DNA of 64,000 nt from Candidatus Woesebacteria bacterium (GCA_963716475.1 OY970314.1:628790-692789); one strand, 5' to 3'. Shown: positions 19,610 through 28,242, counted from the first letter of the stretch. Numbers and translations: made by a program. The notes: generated by a model not told the origin, from the sequence alone.

Positions 19610-20770
19610 TTACTCTTTCAAATGAAGATTTATAAATTTATTAACAGATTTTGCTACACCAACAGCGGCTTTGTACGGAACGCCGTTCCCAATTGCCTTG
19701 AACATTTCTGACAAAGTCATCGTATCCGGCAGGACAAATTGTCTGGGTAATGACTGCAGGGAAAGAGCCTCAGCCACTGACAGTCTCCGGGCTTCATAGG
19801 GATGAAGGTGAACCTCGTTATTACCATATGCAACGGTGGGAGAATATTTCCAGCGGTGCAATCTTTTAAATGATTTTTTCGAAACGTCGCCTTCCTTTGT
19901 ATCCCTAAAACGAAGAAGCGCTTGCCGGGGTTTAAAATAATGTTTGGAATTTGGATGAGTTAGTACCCGGTTTTTATTAAACCAGTACTCTACGGTAGTA
20001 TCCTCCGGAATACTTTTCGGTCTTTTTTTCATCGACCCATCATAAAGGTGCTCAACTTTTTTGTATTTACTAAATATTTCCTCCCGTGGGTACTTAACAA
20101 AGTCATTCCAGGGAAATGCCTTCGAATTAAGAAGATGTCCGTCTTTCGGGTCGAGGATTTTATTAGGTATCAGTTTATTATCAAATCCGATAAGAATAAT
20201 CCTGTCCCTGTCTTGTGGTACACCATATTCAATGGCATTAATAAGCCTCTCGGTTATAACATATCCTTCTTTTTGCAATTTTTTCTTTAATTCTTCATAA
20301 AAAAGTCTGTGACTTTTGGTTCTCCACATACCCTTTACGTTCTCAAACAAAAAGAAGTCCGGTTTCTGCTGGCTAATTAAAGTGGTGTATATTGCCGAGA
20401 GTTTTCCATGTTTTCCACATCGGCCTTTATTTTTACCCGCTACGGAAAAATCAGGGCAAGGGGGTCCACCAATAAATCCGACGAGTGAACCTTTTTCCCT
20501 GGCATCCTTAACAAAACCTGATAGTCTTTTCTTCCACAACCCTTTTGTAAGCTCCTTCATGTCCCCTTCGTGGTACCCGTATCTGGGAGCGGGAAGCTTC
20601 ATTTTGACGCGGGCAGTTTTATACGCACCAAGAAAAGAAGAGTTCAGCTCGTTAACAAAAGCTATATCGAAACCGCTGCTTTCAAAACCTAAATCTAAAA
20701 AACCTACACCGGCGAAAAAGGAGAATATTAAATTTTTACTTTTTTCCCCAGAGGCTAAAACTTGTATCAT
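19610..20770 (-). CDS. dcm: DNA (cytosine-5) methyltransferase, DrmMII-equivalent
   Basis: FFAGVG (I), GGPPCPDFS (IV), ENV (VI), QDRDR (VIII) and IGNGVP (X). Confidence 0.95.
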   Translation of the reverse strand: MIQVLASGEKSKNLIFSFFAGVGFLDLGFESSGFDIAFVNELNSSFLGAYKTARVKMKLPAPRYGYHEGDMKELTKGLWKKRLSGFVKDAREKGSLVGFIGGPPCPDFSVAGKNKGRCGKHGKLSAIYTTLISQQKPDFFLFENVKGMWRTKSHRLFYEELKKKLQKEGYVITERLINAIEYGVPQDRDRIILIGFDNKLIPNKILDPKDGHLLNSKAFPWNDFVKYPREEIFSKYKKVEHLYDGSMKKRPKSIPEDTTVEYWFNKNRVLTHPNSKHYFKPRQALLRFRDTKEGDVSKKSFKRLHRWKYSPTVAYGNNEVHLHPYEARRLSVAEALSLQSLPRQFVLPDTMTLSEMFKAIGNGVPYKAAVGVAKSVNKFINLHLKE

Positions 20771-20843
20771 CCTGCCTATATGTTATCACTTTTACTACAT
20801 AATCAGTTAAGATCGGAGGAACGAATTTTGTCACACTCCGGGC

Positions 20844-21248
20844 TTACCCTTGACTTATCAGAAGCCTAAATAACCTGTTAATTGCTCTATCTGGGTTTCG
20901 AACTATGTCATTGCCCCAAAAATTAATAATATGCCAGCCCTCTTTACGAAGCGTTCTTTGAACCAGCCTGTCTCGTTTAATATTATTTCCGATTTTTTTA
21001 ATCCAATATTCAGGGGTGGCATTCTTCTTGGTTAAATAATTTTTACCATGCCAAAATTCTCCGTTGATAAATACGGCGACTTTATATTCAGGAAAGGCTA
21101 TGTCAGGTTTCCCTATAACTGGATAATGTTTCTTAAACTTGCAGCCGATTTTTTCCAGCAATTGAAACATTAGCTTCTCAGGTTTTGTATTTTCTGACCT
21201 AATCCGCGACATGTTATAACTTCTTTGTTCCTTAGTTTTTATATCCAT
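20844..21248 (-). CDS. vsr: Very short patch repair endonuclease
   Basis: RSYNMSRIRSENTKPE, KPDI, FWHG and N.KRD; adjacent to a C5 methyltransferase. Confidence 0.93.
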   Translation of the reverse strand: MDIKTKEQRSYNMSRIRSENTKPEKLMFQLLEKIGCKFKKHYPVIGKPDIAFPEYKVAVFINGEFWHGKNYLTKKNATPEYWIKKIGNNIKRDRLVQRTLRKEGWHIINFWGNDIVRNPDRAINRLFRLLISQG

Positions 21249-21292
21249 TCAGGCATATTCTACTATACAAAGCAATTGGCCGATTTTTACGG

Positions 21293-21712
21293 CTAGTCAA
21301 CCGTTCCCTGCTGTTTTTGAGTCTCGTAATGGCATTTTTCGCCGTTACTTAACCCTACAATCGTCAGCTGTACGAAAAACTGTTTCCAAGTCTTTCCGTT
21401 TGCGAGGAGCACGATCTCACCATTTACCGTCTTAACGCCTTCCCACCTGTCATCGTATTTTTTTACTACCACCGTGTTATCGGGACCGTACTTATTTTTA
21501 TAGACCAAGCTTCTCTCATTTACTCCTTTCTTGTACGTTTCCGTGTCCGGTTCGTAAAGAGCAGTCGCAGACATGTGAACACCTTTAACTGCAAAAAAGT
21601 TTGCAAAAAGGATATTCAGCGGAAAATCGGATAGCTCGGGCCTTCCATCCACTTCAAGTTTATTCGGAATAAAACCGAATCTTTGGAGCGGGTTTGCATT
21701 TGTTTCTATCAT
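21293..21712 (-). CDS. Hypothetical soluble protein under SAM riboswitch control
   Basis: 139-aa ORF with a strong SD (GGAGGTGA) directly after the riboswitch terminator. Confidence 0.75.
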   Translation of the reverse strand: MIETNANPLQRFGFIPNKLEVDGRPELSDFPLNILFANFFAVKGVHMSATALYEPDTETYKKGVNERSLVYKNKYGPDNTVVVKKYDDRWEGVKTVNGEIVLLANGKTWKQFFVQLTIVGLSNGEKCHYETQKQQGTVD

Positions 21713-21734
21713 CTTTTATCACCTCCCTTCCAAC

Positions 21735-21759
21735 AAAAAAACCTCTCCGAAAGAGAGGT
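21735..21759 (-). terminator. Intrinsic terminator, expression platform of the SAM riboswitch
   Basis: ACCUCUC-UUUCG-GAGAGGU followed by a U run. Confidence 0.85.
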
Positions 21760-21788
21760 CAAAAGAAAACTTTGCCAAAAAAATCGGC

Positions 21789-21893
21789 CAAATCTTTCCC
21801 TTCCGGGCTGGATTTAGCACCGTAATAAAAAACTTTTTACCCGGTTGCTGAGTGGATCAAAGGGCCAGTGCCCTAACCACTACTCTTGATTTA
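21789..21893 (-). promoter_or_regulatory. SAM-I (S-box) riboswitch aptamer
   Basis: Minus strand: AAAUC AAGAG, AGGGCACUGGCCCU, CAGCAACC...GGUGCUAAAUCCAG, CCC-GGAA-GGG, AAAGAUUU; P1 AAAUC/GAUUU and pseudoknot CUGG/CCAG; TGtTATAAT promoter at 21910-21918. Confidence 0.9.
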
Positions 21894-21910
21894 TTTGCCT
21901 TGCGGAATGA

Positions 21911-22249
21911 TTATAACACAGGTAGAGTGGGAAAAACTTCTTTTACAAACTTATCTGCAAAAGCTTTCATAATTTTATTCCCATTCATATCGGTGCTGTG
22001 ATATAAAACGGTTTTTGGCCAAAATCGGCGTGTCTTATTCTGAACACACAAATCCGCAAGATATTTCATAACATCATCCCCTAATTTCGTGTGATTGAGG
22101 TGAAAATCAAAATCCATACTTTCAATAAATAAGTCTTCCTTCTGAAGCATTATTTCCGCCACTTTCTCTACCCCTTCAATATTTTTGAGGTTAATCCAGC
22201 CTTCCGGAGCTTGCCTCATGTCATCCAGCCAGATTTTTATTGCAGCCAT
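21911..22249 (-). CDS. Cyclic-phosphate-processing receiver-like (cREC) domain protein
   Basis: KIWLDDMR.APEGW, DFDFHL and HS...G motifs. Confidence 0.65.
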   Translation of the reverse strand: MAAIKIWLDDMRQAPEGWINLKNIEGVEKVAEIMLQKEDLFIESMDFDFHLNHTKLGDDVMKYLADLCVQNKTRRFWPKTVLYHSTDMNGNKIMKAFADKFVKEVFPTLPVL

Positions 22250-22298
22250 TTTCTGTTAATCGACAAATTAGTTTGTATAAGCGTAACTTGGCATCTTG

Positions 22299-23360
22299 CT
22301 AGTTGTAAAACCAGTCCCAGCCGGGGTTTTCGACAACCTTAATATTGGAACTTTGAAGTTTCAGATTGTTCCCCACTATCCAATAACCTTCGAAATATTT
22401 ATTCATAGTTGTCCCTTCCACCCAGTCTAATGATTGCAGTTTGATATTAATTTTATTTTCGTTTTTCGCGTCGGGTGAGGCTGATATTAGGTAAACCTGG
22501 AGAGTTGTGGCATAACCCTGAATCCACGAATCGAAAGTCTGGGTTTGGCGCATCGGGTCCATCTGGTCATAAGCTTTTCTTAGATCGCGGGCACCGATAT
22601 AAGTATAGAAGGCGTTAACAACCCCGAGAGGGTTTGTGGTGTCGATCTTAATTTTTGCAACTTGCTCATCGGAAAGTCCCAGTATTGAATTTTGAACGGA
22701 AGCGATATCAATAAATTCGGAAAGCCCCGCAACACCCATTGTGTTTACACCTATTACCTCCCCGCATGCATTAACAAGAGGACCTCCGCTCATTCCGGAA
22801 ATTACCGTGGCATCGGTTTTGATATATGAACCCTTGAAAGTATTATCATAAATTGTTCCGGTGTAGGAACCTTTATTGATGATTACTCCCCCTTTAAGTT
22901 CCGATCCAAATGCGTAACCCACAGCATAAACCGGCTCGCCAAAAACCGGATTGGGGGCACTTCCCAATGTTCCAAAATAACCGTAAAAAGGAAGCGGGGT
23001 AAGCTTACGATTTATTTTCAAAACGGCCATATCCTTGGTTTTGTCACCTCGGATGCTTACGGGAGTTTCGATACTACCGTCCGGGAAAACAACTTTAGGG
23101 GTCGCGTCGCCGTCAATTACGTGGAAGTTGGTGAAAATTTCATTTTCCGAAACAGGAAACCCTGACCCTTCTCCCAAACTTCCTTCTATGCGTACTACCT
23201 TCTCGTTCATAGTTTTTTGAATTTCGGCCTGCGAACATTTCAAAAGTTTGGTTCCACCGAAACGTTTTTCCACATTGGAAAGCCGGATGTTGAGATAACC
23301 GATATAGGCGAGAACAGCGGCAATGAGGATAAACTTCAGGAGCTTCATTATGCGTTTCAC
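22299..23360 (-). CDS. Membrane-anchored trypsin-like (S1C) serine protease
   Basis: N-terminal TM; GSGF, TNFHV, DMAVLK and GMSGGPL triad motifs. Confidence 0.9.
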   Translation of the reverse strand: MKRIMKLLKFILIAAVLAYIGYLNIRLSNVEKRFGGTKLLKCSQAEIQKTMNEKVVRIEGSLGEGSGFPVSENEIFTNFHVIDGDATPKVVFPDGSIETPVSIRGDKTKDMAVLKINRKLTPLPFYGYFGTLGSAPNPVFGEPVYAVGYAFGSELKGGVIINKGSYTGTIYDNTFKGSYIKTDATVISGMSGGPLVNACGEVIGVNTMGVAGLSEFIDIASVQNSILGLSDEQVAKIKIDTTNPLGVVNAFYTYIGARDLRKAYDQMDPMRQTQTFDSWIQGYATTLQVYLISASPDAKNENKINIKLQSLDWVEGTTMNKYFEGYWIVGNNLKLQSSNIKVVENPGWDWFYN

Positions 23361-23444
23361 CTTAGCCTATATTACCACAGAACTTATCTTTTCTTTACCT
23401 GGTCCGGGCTGAAGGCCGGGGTGCAAAAGTTCAGAAGTAGCGCT

Positions 23445-23996
23445 TCAGGGCATAAAGAAGTAATTGTACTCATCAAAGGTAAAGTGGCCGGAGGGACGAT
23501 TTAATAAAATATCTGCAATCTGCCAGGCATCCATATCCTCGGAAATCCTGTACTCAGCGTTTTTGTCTATCGTTCTGCCTTTATCAACAACGATTGCATT
23601 TTCGCCTGGTGTCACGTCCTTGGTGTGCTCCAAAGCGTAGCGGAAACCGCTTTCATCCCTGATAAAACCGTAATATTTGAGGTTACTGACCAAAGCGTCC
23701 AAAGTTGTAGCGGCGCCGATTCTAAGATCCACCGTTCCGTCAACGCCGGGTTTTGACCTGATGCCGGAAGCTTCCTCAGGGGTCATTCTTAAATTGGCAA
23801 TAAAATAATCTTCAACTTTTTTTGGAGAACTCCATCCCCTTCCGGGTGCCAGAAAATCATCCCGGTCGGGTTCGTGTTCCCCTAGGAAAACAAAAAATCC
23901 GATTAATAAAAGTAAAATAATTCCGCCGATTACATAAGGGCGCTTCCTTAATATTTTCTTCATTACCTTAGATTTTATCACAGCAGTGTCAGTCAT
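23445..23996 (-). CDS. Membrane-anchored MltG/YceG N-terminal-like protein
   Basis: TM helix; L..YGFIR...F.YAL and YRISEDMDAWQIADILL. Confidence 0.5.
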   Translation of the reverse strand: MTDTAVIKSKVMKKILRKRPYVIGGIILLLLIGFFVFLGEHEPDRDDFLAPGRGWSSPKKVEDYFIANLRMTPEEASGIRSKPGVDGTVDLRIGAATTLDALVSNLKYYGFIRDESGFRYALEHTKDVTPGENAIVVDKGRTIDKNAEYRISEDMDAWQIADILLNRPSGHFTFDEYNYFFMP

Positions 23997-24110
23997 ACTG
24001 CCTATTTCTTTGCTTGCCTAAGAAGACACTTCAATACTTCTTTGCTTCTCCAATGAAACAATATATCAAATATTCTTTGCTCGTCCAAAGAATATTTGGA
24101 AAGAAAAGAC

Positions 24111-24245
24111 GCCACGTGGCCTTTTAACCAGTCATTCCGTTCGCTCATTCATACAAAAGAACTTCTTCGCGTCAAGCGCTCGTCAGACAACTTTTGTTAT
24201 TAATTGAATTCGCTCTCTTCACTTCAGGCTAAAAAGCCAGAGTGG
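24111..24245. repeat. Long imperfect palindromic intergenic element
   Basis: Outer arms ccacgtggccttttaacc / ggctaaaaagccagagtgg; inner arms acaaaag / cttttgt. Confidence 0.5.
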
Positions 24246-24285
24246 ATTTAGGGGGACATGTTGCTAAAAATTTCAGGTGGGTGGT

Positions 24286-24456
24286 TTAAGAGGATTTGCG
24301 GGCTTCGCGCATTTTCAAATATTCGTATCCCGCGATACCGAGAAGTGCAAAGCCTGCGGGAACACTTACTACTGAGGCCACAACTCCGGCTGCCAGAAAT
24401 ACGTTCATTCTGGTTTTGTACATTTTTACTTCCTTGCCTTCGTGTTCCTGTGTCAT
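24286..24456 (-). CDS. 56-aa membrane protein missing from the ORF track
   Basis: MTQEHEGKEVKMYKTRMNVFLAAGVVASVVSVPAGFALLGIAGYEYLKMREARKSS*; ATGA overlap with the upstream stop. Confidence 0.6.
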   Translation of the reverse strand: MTQEHEGKEVKMYKTRMNVFLAAGVVASVVSVPAGFALLGIAGYEYLKMREARKSS

Positions 24457-24701
24457 GACGATATTTTCCTATCCTTATACAAAATTTCTCTTTTTATATA
24501 AAAACCTTCGGTACCGTCGGGTAAAATTTTCGGGCCCGCGGAGATTCTGGGTTGTTGGCCGCTAGGAAATCTTCCCCAATACCAATCTTTGAAACCCTCT
24601 CTGACTAATTCCAATGCCTCAGGAATGGCACTAAGTTTGCCATTATTATCGCGGTGAGGAGCTTCAATAAAAACCTCCTCTATGGTTTCCTTATTCAACA
24701 T
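24453..24701 (-). CDS. Hypothetical protein
   Basis: 82-aa ORF; TACAAT lies 8 nt before ATG. Confidence 0.55.
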   Translation of the reverse strand: MLNKETIEEVFIEAPHRDNNGKLSAIPEALELVREGFKDWYWGRFPSGQQPRISAGPKILPDGTEGFYIKREILYKDRKISS

Positions 24702-24770
24702 TTGAAGCTATTGTAGCACTTTATGGAGTTATCTTAAGCCCTTGTTCGTAAATACAGCGAACTTGGAGCA

Positions 24771-25334
24771 TTAGTGTTTTGAAAAGAATCTGCCGATTTG
24801 CGATCCCATTTGTTCAAACTTTTCCCTTCTCTTTTCGGAATTAACTTTTTTGCGAAGGTCCGACCTTATACCTTTGACAAACGGCTCATCCCTTTCTTCC
24901 AAAAAGGGAAGTGCAGGTTTGCCAATACTTACTACCGTTTCGGCAACAATCTGACAGGACCACAGGCTGTCCGACCGACTTTCCGAACAGTTTCTCATCG
25001 CCTGGGCTTCTTTACCCATGGAGTAGTATTCATGCGCACTTGATTCATAATAAATACCCTTATTTACAAGTTCCGCAACAATTAAGGGCATTGTTTCCGG
25101 TTGTTCTTTAGCCAGTTTCCAAATCTCCTCCTGCGCGGCTTTGGTTTTATTCAAAGATTCCTGATCAATCGCTTCATAGGACATATCATCGGGCGGCACA
25201 TTCCCGTAAGTTTTGGGCGGTTCACCGTCCCGGTATTTTGTACACCTTCTGACCTCCAACCTGCCTACAAGATCGCAAATAACCACGGACATTAATTCGT
25301 TACCTTTCGCAGCCGGACTGTTATCAATTTCCAT
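24771..25334 (-). CDS. Hypothetical protein
   Basis: 187-aa ORF; shares the aagtgcTACAATagc promoter with 24453..24701. Confidence 0.6.
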   Translation of the reverse strand: MEIDNSPAAKGNELMSVVICDLVGRLEVRRCTKYRDGEPPKTYGNVPPDDMSYEAIDQESLNKTKAAQEEIWKLAKEQPETMPLIVAELVNKGIYYESSAHEYYSMGKEAQAMRNCSESRSDSLWSCQIVAETVVSIGKPALPFLEERDEPFVKGIRSDLRKKVNSEKRREKFEQMGSQIGRFFSKH

Positions 25335-25387
25335 TTGGGGCTATTGTAGCACTTCCTTAATTGACTTTTTGGATTTAATTGAAAACT

Positions 25388-26524
25388 TTAAGGAGTTGGG
25401 GTTGGAACGGTGCAAGTTATGGTTATCGGAGTCCCCGGAAGAAGAGAGGTGTTACCCGTCGGTATATCAATAGGATATGCATAAATTTTGTGCGATTTAC
25501 CGTCTTTGACGCTAATTGGTGTATTAAAAATATATCTGTGTGAGCCGGTTCCGCCGCAGGCGTTAGCGTTTATCAGGTCTTGTCCGAATCTGTTGGCAAT
25601 AGTATTGCCTATGTATGTTCCCGACCCGACCGGACCGTCGGCATAAAAATTAACCGTCAGTGCCTGATTGTAATTGTCCTGGTCACAAGTCCAGCCCCAG
25701 CTGCTGCTGCAGTTCGCACCATCCTGCCAGCCGGTAGGAGGATACTTTGAACTTAAAGTAGGCGTCGCTGTGGGTGCGGGTGTTATGGTTGGTTTAACGG
25801 TTGGCATTGGGGTTGGGACAGGTGTCGGGACCGGTGTTGGCGAAGTTGTCGGTTTAGCAGTCGGTATCGGAGTTGATTTATTTATGACAAGATTTATTCC
25901 GGTAGCAGTTGTATTAAAAACTGAATGATCAAGTGCAATTATCTGGATCCCGGAACCGACAAATGTAATAGTTGTAGACACGTTTTGTGATGAAGTATTC
26001 GAGTTAAAGGTTAAGTCGGCAACCTGAAACACCCCCGAGGGAGGAGCAGCCGATAGAGCCGGATCTGCACCTGAAACCACTGAGACTTTACCGGTTGTGT
26101 TGGCTTCTGCCATCGACGTAACTTTTATATTTTTTGTCAGACCACCCTTGAGAACAATCTCGTTTGTCATTTTGATAAGCTTCGGGTCAAATGAGAGTTC
26201 AATATCGGAATAAATCACGGGAGAATTCGAATTTATCCAAATACCAAAAGTGCTCTGGGGCGGAAGATCCCAGGACGCCAGCTGAAAAGAAACGGATGCC
26301 TGATGTGTATCGGCACTGGTACTTAAAGTTTGCCTCTTTTGGGCTGCAGCAACAATCAGGAAAATCGCAATTGCCGGAACGACAACAAGAAAATACTTTA
26401 TAAAGTTCCTGCCGCGGTTTCCAAACTTAGACAGTTTAGTCTTAAATTTTGAAAAGAGGCCTCCTCCCCGACCGGCCCCTGCCTTCTTTGACTGAATAAA
26501 TATTTCCTTTATTCTCACGTCCAT
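25388..26524 (-). CDS. Membrane-anchored cohesin-like protein with PT linker and a C-terminal beta domain
   Basis: TM helix; IELSFDPKLI...G.FQVADLTF cohesin-like segment; PT repeats; GWQDGANCSSSWGW domain. Confidence 0.65.
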   Translation of the reverse strand: MDVRIKEIFIQSKKAGAGRGGGLFSKFKTKLSKFGNRGRNFIKYFLVVVPAIAIFLIVAAAQKRQTLSTSADTHQASVSFQLASWDLPPQSTFGIWINSNSPVIYSDIELSFDPKLIKMTNEIVLKGGLTKNIKVTSMAEANTTGKVSVVSGADPALSAAPPSGVFQVADLTFNSNTSSQNVSTTITFVGSGIQIIALDHSVFNTTATGINLVINKSTPIPTAKPTTSPTPVPTPVPTPMPTVKPTITPAPTATPTLSSKYPPTGWQDGANCSSSWGWTCDQDNYNQALTVNFYADGPVGSGTYIGNTIANRFGQDLINANACGGTGSHRYIFNTPISVKDGKSHKIYAYPIDIPTGNTSLLPGTPITITCTVPTPTP

Positions 26525-26525
26525 T

Positions 26526-28187
26526 TCATTTACCGTAATTTGTAAACCAATATGAATAATCTATACCATCAACTTTTCCATCGTTATTGAAGTCCCCGCC
26601 GGCATACCCCGCGGGAACGGGCACTAATCCAAAATGTGTGCGCCAAATTGTATAATCAGCCGCATCAACTTTTCCGTCTCCGTTTGCATCCCCCATCTTT
26701 AATACCGGAGTCGGCGTTGGTGTAGGGACCGGCGTGGATGTGGAGGTAACGGGAGCACAGGTAATAGTTTTTGTACCTCCGGGAACGGGAACGCTATCGC
26801 CCGACGGTACATTTATGGCATAAGCATATATTGTATGCGACTTACCGTCTTTTACGCTGACGGGTGTATTAAAAATAAATCTGTGTGCACCCGTTCCCCC
26901 GCAGACATTAGCATTCACTAAATCTTGCCCGAATGTCTTGGCAGGGGCTGAACCTATGTATATTCCGCCGCCGCCGTAAGGCCCGTCAACAAAAAAATCA
27001 ACGTTTAGCGGCTGATTATAATTATCAGCGTCACAAATCCAACCCCAGCTGCTGCTGCAGTTCGCACCGTCATACCAACCCTTAGGAATATTATTTCCAC
27101 CTGTAGGACTGCCGGGCGGAGGAGCCGGTGTCGGAATAAGAACTTGCGACAGAGCATTGATTTTTTTGGTACCTTCAGACAAGGTCGGAACAAGCCATCC
27201 GCCTTCATCATTTTCGTTCCAGGCATAAATAAGAATAAGCTTTGACGGATCGGTTGAGGCATTATTTGCCGTCCAGGTAATGGCATTCTGTAAATGATTT
27301 CTTAACTCCTGGGGAGTAGCCTGCTGATAGTACAAATCTATACCGGGACAGTTTTGCTGACACGTTTCCCACGGTCCGGGATTTTGCACCCTGGGCCGGC
27401 GGTCATAACCGGCCATAACCAAGGGAACAACTGCGGCACCTGAGTTTTTTTGTTTAACCCAAATACCCTCTGCATCAGCCGCAAGATTTATGTAAGGCGT
27501 ACCGTTTCCTGGGTTGCCAACCAAATAAGTGCTAATTGCATCCGCCCCAAGGGTTACTGCCGCCGCCTTAGCATTTTGATAGCTAAAATCCTGAATAATG
27601 ATATATGGGTTTCCGAGACCCGCCTGCTGGACCCGACTGCGGAAAGCATCAACAGTAACTTTCATTGAAGCGCTTGCTGTAGCGGCCGGGAAAAACCAGA
27701 TTGGCCGGTTATTAAGTACTTTTTGATAGCTGGGCTCTTTCATAAGAGAAAGAAATCTATCACTATCGAAGTTGCCCAAATTTGAGTGTATCGCAAAATT
27801 AATATCACTTTTGTGGGTGCTTGACAGATAATAGTTAAGCGCGTCGTCCATGTGATAGTAATCAGGCTTGTAATAATCAAAGGCCCAATAACTAAGACCG
27901 GCTTGTTTGGCATAGGCTATTTCCTGATCTACAACCTGTTGGGAATATCCCCAAGATACCGCTGTATCCGAAATAATCTTTCCGAAAAATGGCACCCGAT
28001 ACTGCCACTGTTTGGGACCAAGCGCCAAAATTGTAGCGCGGCCGATTATATCCAGATCGCCGTACCAGTCATCCCATCTGATTGCGCCGACTATCGGCTT
28101 GGTTTGGGCTTTAACCGGAAGCGCGAAAAAAATAGAGAAGAAAAGAAGGGTTAAAACAAAGGATCCGGACAGGATAAATTTTTTCAT
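26526..28187 (-). CDS. Secreted GH99/GH71-like glycoside hydrolase with dockerin
   Basis: Signal peptide; VGAIRWDDW, EIAYAKQAGLSYWAF and YAWNENDEGGWL; duplicated dockerin GDANGDGKVDAADY / GDFNNDGKVDGIDY. Confidence 0.75.
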   Translation of the reverse strand: MKKFILSGSFVLTLLFFSIFFALPVKAQTKPIVGAIRWDDWYGDLDIIGRATILALGPKQWQYRVPFFGKIISDTAVSWGYSQQVVDQEIAYAKQAGLSYWAFDYYKPDYYHMDDALNYYLSSTHKSDINFAIHSNLGNFDSDRFLSLMKEPSYQKVLNNRPIWFFPAATASASMKVTVDAFRSRVQQAGLGNPYIIIQDFSYQNAKAAAVTLGADAISTYLVGNPGNGTPYINLAADAEGIWVKQKNSGAAVVPLVMAGYDRRPRVQNPGPWETCQQNCPGIDLYYQQATPQELRNHLQNAITWTANNASTDPSKLILIYAWNENDEGGWLVPTLSEGTKKINALSQVLIPTPAPPPGSPTGGNNIPKGWYDGANCSSSWGWICDADNYNQPLNVDFFVDGPYGGGGIYIGSAPAKTFGQDLVNANVCGGTGAHRFIFNTPVSVKDGKSHTIYAYAINVPSGDSVPVPGGTKTITCAPVTSTSTPVPTPTPTPVLKMGDANGDGKVDAADYTIWRTHFGLVPVPAGYAGGDFNNDGKVDGIDYSYWFTNYGK

Positions 28188-28242
28188 TTACTAAGCTCAA
28201 AAATTGTCTACCAATACATTATAGATAAAAAATAAACTAATG

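Noticed and set aside
20316-20810. Antisense ORFs in the track (for example 20316..20810, 13866..14258, 53169..53582, 58914..59288)
   Set aside because: They are shadow frames opposite well-supported genes and carry no recognisable motifs.
24298-24358. Hairpin gcgggcttcgcgc...gtgcaaagcctgc as an ncRNA or attC site
   Set aside because: It lies inside the plausible 56-aa minus-strand ORF and lacks attC core boxes.
25755-25875. Low-complexity tandem repeats
   Set aside because: They encode Pro/Thr linkers of surface proteins.
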